This document shows positions 59,245 to 59,371 of a stretch of DNA of 59,371 nt, piece by piece. The stretch comes from a virus. The position numbers and the translations under genes are program-made. Under the pieces are notes generated by a model that worked only from the letters and a program-made list of their open reading frames with translations, did not search any database and was not told the DNA's origin. The DNA is taken from positions 1 through 59,371 of IMG/VR virus record IMGVR_UViG_3300048918_000104; one strand, given 5' to 3'. Position 1 is the first letter of the stretch, and the number at the start of each line of letters is the position of its first letter.

Positions 59245-59371
59245 AACTGCGTTATGTCGGTTAGCTCAGTTAGGTCGTTGATTTTAAAGGAAAAGCTCAC
59301 TTACCGATTTTTCGGTCGGTTATGAACCGGCAAGAAAAAAGGCCGCCTAAGCGACCTTTGGAAGCACTTCC
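59245..59371. repeat. Terminal duplication, copy 2 (identical to 1..127)
   Basis: See 1..127; unique genome length is therefore 59244 bp. Confidence 0.97.

Overview
The window is a complete, high-GC (~60% by eye) tailed dsDNA phage genome of about 59.2 kb. Its first and last 127 bp are identical, which most simply reflects a circular-assembly overlap.

Layout:
- **Leftward operon (4069 to 132, minus):** Cro-like HTH regulator, two unknowns, and a VirE-type primase/helicase.
- **Long rightward arm (4255 to 39599):**
  - Replication module: Rmf/CrpP-like protein, DUF2800-type PD-(D/E)XK nuclease, DUF2815-type SSB, family A DNA polymerase, VRR-NUC, SNF2 helicase.
  - Lambda-like packaging and head genes: TerS, GpA-type TerL, gpW, portal, S49 protease, gpD-like decoration protein, gpE-like capsid.
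  - Tail genes: tube, G/GT chaperone with an A_AAA_AAC slippery site, 1705-aa tape measure, BR0599/GTA-like tip proteins, 1371-aa J-like protein.
  - Lysis cassette: two membrane proteins, lambda-R-type transglycosylase, overlapping i/o-spanins.
  - A collagen-repeat tail fibre with an S74 chaperone domain.
- **Leftward early operon (about 53057 to 39658, minus):** about 26 small genes, including ParB-like, DUF1643, ASCH/DUF3850 and SLOG/DUF2493 proteins and a lipoprotein.
- **Rightward lower-GC module (53631..58090):** 11 unknown genes.
- **Three repeat-rich non-coding regions:** 53058..53630, 58091..58809, and 59041..131 across the junction.

No integrase, tRNA, CRISPR array or transposon was seen.

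Most unusual signals:
1. A 13-bp palindrome, GGAAG-TWA-CTTCC, is present about 30 times across all modules. It is strongly enriched at gene junctions, and three exact copies cluster in one iteron-rich non-coding region.
2. At least six sigma70-like early promoters share TTGACA fused to a GGTT(T)AACC palindrome.
3. At least six otherwise unrelated proteins share a C-terminal peptide [D/Q]-P-[A/G]-x-[D/G]-L.

All functional calls come from by-eye motif recognition and synteny. No database search was run.
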